From NCBI GenBank assembly GCA_964016885.1, contig OZ024746.1:95666001-95730000 (forward strand): DNA of 64,000 bases. Reading direction: 5' to 3'. This DNA is from Eledone cirrhosa. Its lineage: Eukaryota. Positions 1 to 11,443 of the stretch are shown here, one piece after another (position 1 is the stretch's first letter; every line of letters begins with the position of its first letter). Under the pieces are notes generated by a model. It was not told where the DNA came from and did not search any database. It saw only the letters and a program-made list of their open reading frames with translations. Position numbers and translations under genes: made by a program.

Positions 1-31
<31 letters not shown>

Positions 32-180
32 ATATATATATATATATAAATGTAATTTAAGTTTTTCGAATATTAATAATAACATTCGATTTGTTTGCAA
101 TTATGCAAACAAGCCTCAATTTTATAGTCATGTCAGTAGAATGAACACTTCATTCTTGCTCTTATGTTGGCATGCGAACA

Positions 181-230
181 GAACTGCAGACACTAATGTT
201 TCTGGGTATCACCCTTCATCAGTACAGCTC
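181..230 (-). ncRNA. Type-I hammerhead ribozyme motif (Penelope-type, short stem III)
   Basis: Minus strand reads GAGCUGUA-CUGAUGA-aGGGUgauACCCa-GAAA-cauuagu-GUC-UGCAGUUC. Intact core, 8-bp stem I (two G-U), 4-bp stem II with an A-A mismatch at its base, GUC triplet; predicted cut between 189 and 188. Confidence 0.75.
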
Positions 231-494
231 ACTGTTCACCTGCCAAACTGTCAGAGCTAGTGAAAATATGTTTTTTTCAAAAATACAGTGACTGATCGGC
301 CTGATTTGCATATTAGCAGACTGGCTGATCAGTCAGATCTGCATATTAGCAGATCCACTGATCAATATATGATAGAACTTTTCAGTTTTACTGAGCACAT
401 AACAACCTGTGTCATGGTGGCATCAAGTTAAAATGCACCCAGTATACACTGTAAAGTAGCTGGTTATTAAACAATGGCAATATAAGATAAATGA

Positions 495-852
495 AGGCAC
501 ATTGCTTAGTGGTTAGTGCATTGGGCTTGCAATCAAAAGGTTGTGAATTCAATTCTCGGACCGGGTGATGTGTTGTTTCCTTGAGCAAGACATTTTATTT
601 CATGTTGCTCCAGTTTACTCAGCTGTAGAAGTGAGATGATAGGACTGGGGTCCCTATCATTCAATCACCCAAGACACCTCCATAGAGATATAACTTGGAG
701 GAGGCCAGCTAAACCTGCATAGGTGTGAGCTGTCACACACACAATATAAGATAGAGAGAACCCTTAGGTCTTACTGAGCACGTGACAACCTGTCTCATGT
801 TTGTGTCATGTTAAAATGCACCCAGTACACTCTGTAAAGTAACTGGTTATTA
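495..852 (+). mobile_element. tRNA-head SINE with CORE-like domain (family A)
   Basis: A-box-like TTGCTTAGTGGTTAG, B-box-like GAATTCAATTC, then GTTTCCTTGAGCAAGACATTTTATTTCA. Shares head and CORE-like region with the full copy at 26033-26411. Confidence 0.75.
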
Positions 853-985
853 ATCCTTTAGCATTTAAACTGGTCAGAATTCTCTCACCTTTTTCTGTTC
901 AAACCAGTCATAAGTAGCCACTAATACTGATGTTAAGGTATTGTTCTCAAAATAAATAATATCAAAATGTCATACAAAAAATTGG
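849..985. mobile_element. Truncated TTAA (piggyBac-type) MITE, family 1
   Basis: Starts TTAATCCTTTAGCATTTAAAC; body matches the full copies at 39323-39538 and 62635-62850. Confidence 0.65.
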
Positions 986-1606
986 AATATACAGCAAACC
1001 CCCTACCCCACAAAACTTTACATATCAAAGTTAGCTTGGTGCAAGTAATTGGAATTGAAAAGTTATACATACAGGTATTAAATTCAAACATTCTAACCAT
1101 CCTACAACTAAAAAGCCCAGCTGAGGGCATAAATAAATTGATATGGCTGTCATTGGTAGGGCTCCCATTGCAGGGGGCCTGGGGCAATTGCCTCCTTTGC
1201 CCTCCCTCCATGAATCCAGCCATGTTCACTGCCCCTAGACAGGTACTTTATTTATTGACCCAGAAAAAATGAAAGGCATGTTTGGATACAGTCAATTTCT
1301 CCCAGAGAGAAAGAGGGAAGAAGACAGAGAGAAAGACAAAATTGATATGACAAATTGACCGTAGTACCGGAGGACTGGGGATTTATTTGTCAATCCTGAC
1401 CTGAAGGGATGAAGAATAAAGTTGACCTTGGTGGAATGTGAACTTAGAGAACAGAGAGTCAGGACAAACACCACAGAGCATTATTATGCCCTAGCTACTG
1501 TGCCAATCTGTCATATAAGGAAGATCAAATAGAGTAGTGTCTCTTCTCAAAGACTCAACTGCAATAATTGTCACAAAATCTGATCCACTAAAGTATGATG
1601 AGCAAG

Positions 1607-3011
1607 CAGATCAACTTAGACTCCTTCGTCAAATCAGATTAACTTAGACTCCTTGGTCAAATCAGATTAACTTAGGCTCCTTGGTCAAATCAGATTAACT
1701 TAGACTCCTTCGTCAAATCAGATTAACTTAGACTCCTTGGGCAAATCAGATTAACTTAGACTTCTTGGTCAAATCAGATTAACTTAGGCTCCTTGGTCAA
1801 ATCAGATTAACTTAGGCTCCTTGGTCAAATCAGATTAACTTAGGCTCCTTGGTCAAATCAGATTAACTTAGACTCCTTGGTCAAATCAGATTAACTTAGG
1901 CTCCTTGGTCAAATCAGATTAACTTAGACTCCTTCGTCAAATCAGATTAACTTAGACTCCTTGGGCAAATCAGATTAACTTAGACTTCTTGGTCAAATCA
2001 GATTAACTTAGGCTCCTTGGGCAAATCAGATTAACTTAGACTTCTTGGTCAAATCAGATTAACTTAGGCTCCTTGGTCAAATCAGATTAACTTAGACTCC
2101 TTGGTCAAATCAGATTAACTTAGGCTCCTTGGTCAAATCAGATTAACTTAGACTCCTTGGTCAAATCAGATTAACTTAGACTCCTTCGTCAAATCAGATT
2201 AACTTAGACTCCTTGGTCAAATCAGATTAACTTAGACTCCTTGGTCAAATCAGATTAACTTAGACTCCTTCGTCAAACCAGATTAACTTAGGCTCCTTGG
2301 TCAAATCAGATTAACTTAGGCTCCTTGGTCAAATCAGATTAACTTAGGCTCCTTGGTCAAATCAGATTAACTTAGGCTCCTTGGTCAAATCAGATTAACT
2401 TAGGCTCCTTGGTCAAATCAGATTAACTTAGACTCCTTCGTCAAATCAGATTAACTTAGGCTCCTTGGTCAAATCAGATTAACTTAGGCTCCTTGGTCAA
2501 ACCAGATTAACTTAGGCTCCTTGGTCAAATCAGATTAACTTAGACTCCTTGGTCAAATCAGATTAACTTAGGCTCTTGGTCAAATCAGATCAGCTTAGGC
2601 TCCTTGGTCAAATAAGATTACCTTAGACTCCTTGGTCAAATCAGATTACCTTAGACTCCTTGGTCAAATCAGATTAACTTAGACTCCTTGGTCAAATCAG
2701 ATTAACTTAGACTCCTTGGTCAAATCAGATTAACTTAGACTCCTTCGTCAAACCAGATTAACTTAGGCTCCTTGGTCAAATCAGATTAACTTAGGCTCCT
2801 TGGTCAAATCAGATTAACTTAGACTCCTTGGTCAAATCAGATTAACTTAGACTCCTTGGTCAAATCAGATTACCTTAGACTCCTTGGTCAAATAAGATTA
2901 CCTTAGACTCCTTGGTCAAATCAGATTAACTTAGACTCCTTGGTCAAATCAGATTAACTTAGACTCCTTGGTCAAATCAGATTAACTTAGACTCCTTGGT
3001 CAAATCAGATT
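1607..3011. repeat. 28-bp minisatellite, ~50 copies (CAGATTAACTTAGRCTCCTTGGTCAAAT)
   Basis: Period 28 read directly (CTCCTT at 1621 and 1649); highly homogeneous, no unique spacers. Confidence 0.97.
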
Positions 3012-3499
3012 TTAAAAAATGTTCTTGTGAAAATTAAGAGGATGTCCTATTATCCATTGGGTCATTCAGAGATCACTGAAAACTTTTCTTTCTTTCAGAG
3101 TATCTATCTAGGACCTGGCATAGTTCATTCTTCTCCAAGATAGATTTATAAGAAGATTTAAGGAAGCTGTAGTGTTGAATCATTCCTTGCATAGTTATTT
3201 ATAAGAAAGGGGACTAGGCCACTAAGAGTTAAGTGTCTTTATCAGGGAATAGGTCATTTGGAACAGGCCCCTATGATGCACACTCATTCATGGAAGGCAT
3301 GGAATTTTGCATTCTGCAAAGCTTACCCAATTGGCACTTCAAATGAAACAACAGAAGACAGATGCCTCCCATGTCACTGTTACTTCCATATTGGAATCAG
3401 ACTCACCACCCATCTACAAACACATAAAGTCCAACCAATGATGTAGCAAAAATGATGGTGTTCATCAACTACCAATGGATGAACAACAGAACACTAGTA

Positions 3500-3720
3500 A
3501 TGGAAAACAAAAGCTCGATTCATCAGCCAGTAGGATGGCAGGCTATCACTTTTACCAACTGACTTTCTAATGAAAGATACCCAGTAAAACAATATTGACA
3601 ACCTGAGAAAGTGGTCCTCACGAAACCCTGACTTTCTTATGAAAGATACCTTATAAAATATATTAACAAACTGAGAAAGTGGTCCTCACCAGCTCCTGAT
3701 TTGTTTCTCTGGGACAAATA
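3500..3720 (+). mobile_element. Possible very decayed Tc1/mariner transposase remnant
   Basis: AAGTGGTCCTCACCAGCTCCTGATTTGTTTCTCTGGGAC translates KWSSPAPDLFLWD, resembling WPPxSPDL..DFFLWG; a QDG-like CAGTAGGATGGC lies upstream. Heavily degraded. Confidence 0.3.
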
Positions 3721-3829
3721 TATCTGACGATGACCATAGTTGTGGAAATAATCAACAGCTTTTCCTTCAATAGAACATCCTCCATTGAACTGAAGGTTGG
3801 ATATAAAATATCATATTAGTGTAACGTTG

Positions 3830-4250
3830 AACATTATCATAGAATGTGTAATGTTATTGTACATTATCATATAATAAGTAATGTTATTGTACATTATCAA
3901 AGAATGTGTAGTGTGGAACTATATAGTACAATATGTAATGTTATCATATGATATGTTACATTTTTGGTTATTATCATAGAATGTATAATATGGAACTATA
4001 TAGCACAATATGTAATGTTATTGTACATTATCATACAATATGTAATGTTGGACATTATCATACAACATGTAATGTGTAACATTATAGTACATGTAATGTG
4101 TAACATTATCATACAATATATAATATGGAACATTATAGTACAACATGTAATGTCTAACATTATCATACATGTAATGTATTGAAGATTATCATACAATGTG
4201 TAATGTAGGGAAAATTATAGTATAATATGTAATGTTAAATATTATCACAA
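3830..4250. repeat. Degenerate AT-rich minisatellite (ACATTATCATACAATATGTAATGT-like, ~27-32 bp)
   Basis: Recurrent CATTATCATA...TGTAATGT motif; source of the ORFs at 3964-4196. Confidence 0.85.
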
Positions 4251-4308
4251 TAGAAAACATTCTTGGCAAGAATGGGCTTACTGTAATAATTGAAAATGTA
4301 TTTTATTT

Positions 4309-4535
4309 TTAACCCTTTAGCATTTAAACCGGACATATCCGACCAGAATTCTCTTACGCCTTTCTGTTCAAACTGGCTGAAATCAGCCACTCATACTTAT
4401 GTTAAAGTATTGTTCTAAAAATAAATGATATCAAAACTTCATGGATTTGATATTATGTGAGGTAATTATGAAATAAAGTCTTTTCTGTGAAAATACAATA
4501 GTAAATTTAGAGTAATGTAAATACGAAAGGATTAA
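4309..4535. mobile_element. TTAA MITE family 1
   Basis: TTAACCCTTTAGCATTTAAAC ... GTAAATACGAAAGGATTAA terminal inverted repeats bounded by TTAA. Confidence 0.8.
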
Positions 4536-4819
4536 AAGTATCTGTATTAAAGATCATATCTAAAGGTTTTTCTTGTGAGATATGTTAGCATGTGTTGGAG
4601 TAATTCTTATTTTATTGCTATGAATTGATAAGATTTATAATAGTGGGGAAATAAGTTTATTACTGAGTGTTATCTTTCCTGAACCAATCCAGATATCTTA
4701 GAATAGTAATACAACCTGTCACTGAACTAAATAAATTGATGATTAATTTTGAGATATTGACTTATAAATACCAATTATTTTGTTTACTATTTCGTAAGAT
4801 TAACTAGAACTCAATATAA

Positions 4820-5027
4820 TGGTTTCTTATATAGGCACAAGGCCAGCAATTTTGGGGGAGGGTAAAGTCGATTAAATCTGCCTGCCTGGTACTTTATTTT
4901 ATCGACCCCTTAAGGATGAAAGGCAAAGTTAACCTCAGCGAGATTTGAACTCAGATCATAAAGGGTTGTAACTCTATGCTAGAAAGCATGGCGTCCAACC
5001 CTCTACCGATACTGCCAATCCTCCGCC
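4820..5027 (-). mobile_element. tRNA-head SINE family B (Meta/MESC-like central domain); about 20 copies in window
   Basis: Minus strand: TGGCAGTATCGGTAGAG A-box, GAGTTCAAATC B-box, CTTTGCCTTTCATCC..GGGGTCGATAAAATAAAGTACCAG domain, short (ATT) tail. Other copies at about 8850-9057, 9078-9293, 21755-21970(+), 22266-22453, 23503-23690, 23730-23850, 24998-25158, 25282-25465, 33570-33700(+), 42213-42426, 54985-55167, 55195-55390, 56212-56398, 56415-56633, 58760-58868(+), 62160-62310(+). The domain name is from recall. Confidence 0.85.
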
Positions 5028-5144
5028 CTTTAGTATAATTTAGTATAATAATAGATAATATTAAGCATAGGTCTGAGAGTGTTGGATTAAGATTATCATT
5101 GGACAGCATTTAGTTATGGTTCCTTATAATCTGAGTTCAAGTCC

Positions 5145-5796
5145 TACTACCACTATACCACCATACCACCAGTAACTACCATACCGCCATAGCACCACCA
5201 TATCACCACCATACCACCATACCACTATACCACCACCATACTACCATACTACTATACCACCATACCACTATACCACTATACCACCATACCACCATACCAC
5301 CATACCACTATACCACCATACCACCATACCACTATACCACCATACCACCATACCACCATACCACTATACCACCATACTACCATACCACTATGCCACCATA
5401 CCACCATACCACCATACCACCATACCACCATACCACTATACCACCATACCACCATACCACAATACCACCATACCATCACCATACCATCACCATACCATCA
5501 TACCACAATACCACCATATCACTATTCTACCATACCACCATCATACTATCACCATACCACAATACCACCATACCACTATACCACTATACCACCATACTGC
5601 TATACCACCATACCACCATACCAGCATACCACCAACATACCACAACCATACCACCATACCATTATACCACCATACCACCATACCACAATACCACCATACC
5701 ACTATTCCACCATACCACCACCATACTATCAACATACCACAATACCATCATACCACTATACCACTATACTACCATACTACTATACCACCATACCAC
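5145..5796. repeat. (ATACCACC)n-type microsatellite splitting a family-B SINE
   Basis: CCA/CCATA repeats; SINE head ends at ~5145 (GAGTTCAAGTCC) and resumes at ~5797 (TTTGACTTTCATCC). Confidence 0.9.
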
Positions 5797-5919
5797 TTTG
5801 ACTTTCATCCTTTCGAAGGTGATAAGGATGATGAAATAAAGTACCAACCAAGTACTGGTGCTGATTTTATCAACTTTGTCTTTCCCCTAAAATTTGGTGG
5901 CTTTTGTGTTCTTCTTTAC

Positions 5920-6360
5920 AGGGTGGGCTGAGCGCTTTTTGTCATGTCACACAACCACTTTACAGTGTGTGCCGGGTGCATTTTGTTGTGATACCTACAT
6001 GACCACTTTACAGTGTGTGCCGGGTGCATTTTGTTGTGATACCTACATGACCACTTTACAATGTTTACTGGGTGTTTTTTGTTGTGACACCTACAGGACC
6101 ACTTTACAGTGTTTGCTGGGTGTTTTTTGTTGTGACACGTACAGGACCACTTTACAGTGTGGGCTGGGTGTTTTTTTGTTGTGACACCTACAAGACCACT
6201 TGAAAGTGTGGGCTGGGTGTTTTTTGTTGTGACACCTACAGGACCACCTTACAGTGTGGGCTGGGTGCTTTTTGTCATGTCACTTACTTGATCACTTTAC
6301 AGTGCGGGCTGGGCACTTATTGTTGTGACACCTACATGACCATTTTACAGTGTGGACTGT
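5920..6360 (-). repeat. 48-bp tandem array (~9 units) amplified from the internal segment of the family-A SINE
   Basis: GACCACTTTACA at 6001, 6049, 6097. Unit is the reverse complement of the SINE motif AAAAAGCACCCAGYCCACACTGTAAAGTGGT. Confidence 0.9.
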
Positions 6361-6554
6361 GGACTTTTGGTAAATGATACTTGCCCAAGATACTATATAA
6401 TGGGATCGAAGGACCTAATGATTGTTAAGAAAGCTCACTAACAATGTGGTCATGCTGCATTGACATCTTCCTCTGCATTCAAATCATTTGCTGAAAATAA
6501 AACTCTTATATAAACGTTTTCAAGTTTTTTCACTCATATTGCTTGCTTCAAATT

Positions 6555-6926
6555 TTTAAAGTGAACATGTTTTGTTGGATGTGTAATGTTAGTGTGCATG
6601 AATGATATGTCATAGGTGAACTGAGGGAAAAACTGTATATTAGAGGAATCAGATGTAGTATGTAGGAGAGAAAATTGCATTGATACAGATATGTAATGGG
6701 CATGGAGGAGGATTTTGGGGTGAAGAAATGCCAGGAGTTCCAAGCGGAAGGGCAATGTGGTAGAGGTAGGCCATGGGAAACTTGGGCAGAAGAGGTGAAA
6801 GTGGATTTCAGAATACTGAACTTCCCAAAGGAATGCCACAAGTGGAGGGGCAGTGTAAGGGAGAGGACTCATTCAACCTATGTAAGCATGGTAAAATGAT
6901 GATGATGATGATGATGATGATGATGC
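6555..6926 (+). mobile_element. RTE LINE 3' fragment (family R1, SINE-partner), (TGA)n tail
   Basis: Translates ...VKKCQEFQAEGQCGRGRPWETWAEEV...; homologous to 29897-30306. Confidence 0.8.
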
Positions 6927-6949
6927 AAATCATTTTTATTTTGCTTTCT

Positions 6950-7065
6950 TTAACCTTAAGCATGCTAGAAACTTTTATGAATTGCTTCCCTTGACACAGC
7001 ATTATGTATTAAGGGGAGATTACTCTGTTGGTGACATAATACACCTAGAGCATGCTGAAGGTTAA
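6950..7065. mobile_element. 116-bp TTAA MITE family 2
   Basis: TTAACCTTAAGCATGCT...AGCATGCTGAAGGTTAA; second copy of the same length and body at 33055-33170. Confidence 0.75.
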
Positions 7066-7332
7066 TATCATAACAATATCTACCTGCCCATATCTAGCAT
7101 CATTACAACAAGCCCATAACCCAAGTACCTTCTCCACCCAGGGGTACATTCCTAGGATGAACAACCTGACATCTTATGTTACAGGGAACCAGACTTAACT
7201 AGGAGAGAAGCTACTTTGATATAAAACTAATGAAAGAGCTTGATATTTCTCAAGATAAATTCTCTAGTTCCTCAAGACTGCCTTCAATCAATGCTGACCA
7301 TAGTGCAAGTCAAAGCAAGGTATTTTGAGGAA

Positions 7333-7929
7333 CTAGTCTCCTCTGGCAGGAGACCAGCAGTTGTCCTTGCATGCTAGTCTCCTCTGGCAGGAGACCAGCA
7401 GTTGTCCTTGCATGCTAGTCTCCTCTCACAGGAGACCAGCAGTTGTCCTTGCATGCTAGTCTCCTCTGGCAGGAGACCAGCAGTTGTCCTTGCATGCTAG
7501 TCTCCTCTCACAGGAGACCAGCAGTTGTCCTTGCATGCTAGTCTCCTCTGGCAGGAGACCAGCAGTTGTCCTTGCATGCTAGTCTCCTCTCACAGGAGAC
7601 CAGCAGTTGTCCTTGCATGCTAGTCTCCTCTGGCAGGAGACCAGCAGTTGTCCTGGCATGCTAGTCTCCTCTCACAGGAGACCAGCAGTTGTCCTTGCAT
7701 GCTAGTCTCCTCTGGCAGGAGACCAGCAGTTGTCCTTGCATGCTAGTCTCCTCTCACAGGAGACCAGCAGTTGTCCTTGCATGCTAGTCTCCTCTCACAG
7801 GAGACCAGCAGTTGTCCTTGCATGCTAGTCTCCTCTCACAGGAGACCAGCAGTTGTCCTTGCATGCTAGTCTCCTCTCACAGGAGACCAGCAGTTGTCCT
7901 TGCATGCTAGTCTCCTCTGGCAGGAGACC
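7333..7929. repeat. 41-bp hairpin-containing minisatellite, 15 units, partly dimeric (82-bp) order
   Basis: CTAGTCTCCT[CTGGC/CTCAC]AGGAGACCAGCAGTTGTCCTTGCATG; period 41 (7333, 7374). Confidence 0.95.
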
Positions 7930-8102
7930 CAAGGATAGACCCCAAGCAAGATGGTTGGCTAACATCCACGAGCTTGGCTGGTCTCACTTGGGGATCCAGC
8001 CAGATCAGTTGCTTCTGACAGGATCTGCTGGAAGAAGTGTTTGAGGACTCTGTCCACACGAACCTCTCAGAAATAAGTAGGAGAAGAAGAAGGAGGAGAA
8101 GA
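7919..8102 (+). mobile_element. RTE LINE 3' fragment (family R2), GA-rich tail
   Basis: GRRPKDRPQARWLANIHELGWSHLGIQ; homologous to 11444-12295 and 25548-26003. Confidence 0.8.
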
Positions 8103-8529
8103 GCACAAAAGCCACCAAATGTTTGTGGAAAGGTAAAGTTGATAAAATCAAGAGAATGACAAGGTTTAATATAGTGTGACAAAGGTGTTGCTGCAATTCA
8201 TGTTTTCCAGCCAATTAGACAGGAACAATGTGAAATAAGGTGTCTTGTTCAAGGACACAACACACTGTCAGTCCTAAGAATCAAACTCACAGCATTATAG
8301 TTATGAGCCCAAGGCCTTAACCACTGAGCAACAAGCATTCTGGTGTCTATACAACAATAAATAAAGTTAGTTCACTGCTGGTAATTCATAGCAGGAAGGG
8401 TATTTAGTTGTAAAACTTTTAACATAACCAAATAGAATAACACAACAAAGTTTTTAAAATGGTAATATTGCAAAACTGCCTCACCCATAATAGCATGAAA
8501 AACAATAAAATCAATGTAACGATATAGTG

Positions 8530-8815
8530 AAAATTATTTTGTACAGTACTCAGGTGCACTACAATAATGCATAGAATAATGTACAAATGTCAGGAAAGTG
8601 AACAGTGTATGAGTCATGATATACACACACATGTGTGTACATGAATGGAGGGGGAATATCAGGTATAGTGTTGGGATATTTTGGGAAGCATGGAAGTTTT
8701 GAAGGATGCAGTGTCCTGACAGCTAACAACAGATGCAAGTAGTTTGTTCCATACTTCAGTAACTCTGAATATGAAAAAACGTTTCCGAAAATCGTGGGAG
8801 CTGTGCTGTTTTCTG
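8530..8815 (-). mobile_element. CR1/L2-like LINE 3' fragment
   Basis: RKRFFIFRVTEVWNKLLASVVSCQDTASFK matches the CR1-group C-terminal RxxFFxxRVxxxWNxLPxxVV...FK pattern; the same 3' UTR recurs at about 57595-57735 (+) with an (ATT)n tail. Confidence 0.75.
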
Positions 8816-10209
8816 ACGATGATGCAGCTATTTTTAGAAATATTAATTTCTAATTTAGATACAAAGCCAGGAAATTTAGTGGAAGGGCAAAGTTGATGAT
8901 TGTAGCAATCCCAGTACATGACTGGTACTTTATTTTATGCACAACAGAAGAATGAAAGGCATATTTGACTTTTAGGAATTTGAACTTAGAAAGTAAAGAG
9001 CTGGTAAAAATATTGCTAAGCATTTGTCTGAAGCCCTACAAATTCTGCCAATCCACAAAACTTACTTTGTAGAAATATTGGTTTCTGATTTAGGCACAAG
9101 GCCAACAATTTTGGGGAGGGGGTAAGTCGATTAAATCCACCCTAGTAGATTACTGGTACTTTATTTTATCGACCCTGTTAGGATGAAAAGCAAAGCTACC
9201 CTCTGCAGGATTTCAACTCAGATCGTAAAGGGCCGTAACTCTATGCCATAAAGCATGTTGTCCATGACTACTGATGCAGCCAATCCACCACCCTTCTTTG
9301 TAGAAATAGTAAAAATAGTTTTAGGTACATAATTTAAAACAAGTTAAAGTCTGCCCAACGTCAATGCTTATATTCCGGTTTTATTGGCATTGAATGAGAG
9401 AAAGTACAAGACTCCCTCCTGTACAGGATGTCAGTCCATCACAGGATCAACTTCCACTGGCTGCTACTGGAGCAGTGTAAAATGAAGGAGTATTTTGCCC
9501 AAGAACATGTGTCACTTGATATATGATAAAAACATGCTGCCATATATATATATATAAATATAAATCATAATAGAACCAGAGTACTTGATACGTTGTATAG
9601 TAGAGTATGACTATATTATAAACAGTGGGGACCTGATGACTGAGCTCTTGCTGTTTCAACAGCTAGTTCCATATATATATATATAGGAAAAAGTTTGATT
9701 TCGACGGCAGAGCTGAAGCCGTTTCGACGGCTATTTCTGGACTAGCTTGAGCTCTGCCGTCGGGGTTAAACATTTTCCTATTACCCACTCTACTACCCTA
9801 AGTATTGAGTACTCTGGTGCGTTATGGTCCATCTGGTTCCTTAACACACCGCCTTCATTATATATATATATTTATATATTTTTTTTTATATATGATCCTG
9901 TCTCTATTTTTTGTATTCCTGAAGAAGGGCTAAAACCCAACATGTCAAACTTGCTTTCCCCTTTTCTATATAAAGCATGAAACTAATAAGACTTTTTGTA
10001 CCTCTGTTTTGTCGTTTTCTTGAACTATATATATATATCATCATCATCATCATCATCATTTAACGTCTATCTTCCATGCTAGCATGGGTTTATATATATA
10101 TATATATATAGACACTTCCATATGACGGAGACACGGTCTCCCGACCAATCCTGCATCAAATGGAACAAAACTATCTAACCCATGCTAGCGTGGAAAATGG
10201 ACATTAAAC

Positions 10210-10251
<42 letters not shown>

Positions 10252-10325
10252 ATATGTATGTATGTATAATTATCTTATATCCTCCCCAAAGTGAAATTTG
10301 AACTTAAATTTAATATATGTATATA

Positions 10326-10358
<33 letters not shown>

Positions 10359-10858
10359 ATATATATGTATGTATGTATGTTCTTCTGGTTTTATAATTTC
10401 ACAAAGTTTTACCAATAGAGAGAGAGTCGGTTTCTAACATAGACACAAGACTCTCTCATTGGAATTTACACAACATCAACTCGGTAGATATGTATGTATG
10501 CATGCATGTGTAGATATGGATGTTATTGTATGTGTGGATGTGTATGCTTTGAGTTGTATGTGTGCATGTGTATATGCTTTGTATCTGTACATGTGTATAT
10601 GCAGTTATTAGATGCAACATTTTTTGGAATGTTTTACATATTTTTACTGTTCCATTAATGGATTGTACTTGTAATTTCCTAACTAGTTGTGTTATGTATG
10701 TACGTATGTATGTATGTTCTTCTGGTTTTATAATTTCACAAAGTTTTACCAATGTATGTATGTATGTATGTATGTATGTATGTATATTTAATATTGTTAT
10801 TTATCTCCTCAAACAAATTAAAATATAAAATATATAAATTTGTATATAAATTTCTTAC

Positions 10859-11110
10859 CTGTTTACTTTTCTTCAATGTTTTCTTCATACCTTTATACTT
10901 GAAATAACTTTTCACAAATCTGTCATTCTGGGAATTATAAGGTGGAATCACTTGACCTAGCTTGGGATTTAATTTAGAAAAATCACTTGAAATGCTACTG
11001 ACAGCTACACTGTCCAGTATAAAGCCATTTTCAAACCTTTTCAAATCTGCAGGAGATGGAGTTGGTGGTGTTTTATAAATTTTATTGTGTCGTTTTTTCT
11101 TCGAAGGCAT
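10859..11110 (-). CDS. SPMAP1: First coding exon (84 codons) of a C17orf98/SPMAP1-like sperm/cilia microtubule-associated protein
   Basis: ATG at 11110; ...LKRFENGFILDSVAVSSISSDFSKLNPKLGQVIPPYNSQNDRFVKSYF...KQ matches the recalled human C17orf98 N-terminus (LEKGFILDGVAVS...PKLWSAIPPYNAQQD...SYF). Ends at a canonical phase-0 donor CAG|GTAAGA (intron begins 10858). The ORF-track extension to 10736 is intronic. Confidence 0.85.
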
Positions 11111-11290
11111 TATTATATACTATACTATACACTAAGTAATTTATTATTTGTTGTAACTAACTGACTACTAGCACACAGCTCACTAAGTTTACTATATAGA
11201 TCTACTTAATGATTGCCACTATGATAACATTGGTAGTACTTCCACTAGTTTCTACACCCCTCACTGACCTTGGCTGTACCAACAGTTATT

Positions 11291-11305
11291 GTTGTTATGG
11301 GTAAC
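11291..11305 (-). promoter_or_regulatory. RFX X-box upstream of the SPMAP1-like exon
   Basis: Gene strand reads GTTACC-CAT-AACAAC, close to the X-box consensus GTNRCC(N0-3)RGYAAC, ~180 bp upstream of the ATG. Confidence 0.6.
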
Positions 11306-11443
11306 AAAGATTAAACTGCCTGGTCATTGATTTTCTTAGACTTTTTCTTTTTCTTTCTACTCTCTAAATTAATACTAGCTAAGTAACAGGTTAATTGGAT
11401 AGTTGAAATATATCTTACCCTCACCCATATCCCATATATTCCC

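Noticed and set aside
1607-3011. CRISPR-like 28-bp repeats (also the 41-, 31-, 22- and 68-bp arrays)
   Set aside because: Units are head-to-tail with no unique spacers, no cas genes, eukaryotic context.
3720-3760. CTGACGA...GAAA possible hammerhead
   Set aside because: Stem I cannot form and stems II/III are out of register.
4540-4800. Candidate second SPMAP1 exon (RITP on minus strand)
   Set aside because: Does not reproduce the expected GYRRNTP / YLxxRN motifs and has no clean open frame.
9915-9950. CTGAAGA-AGGGCTAAAACCC-AAC-ATGTC hammerhead-like string
   Set aside because: GAAA core is missing and stem I does not pair; at most a decayed relic.
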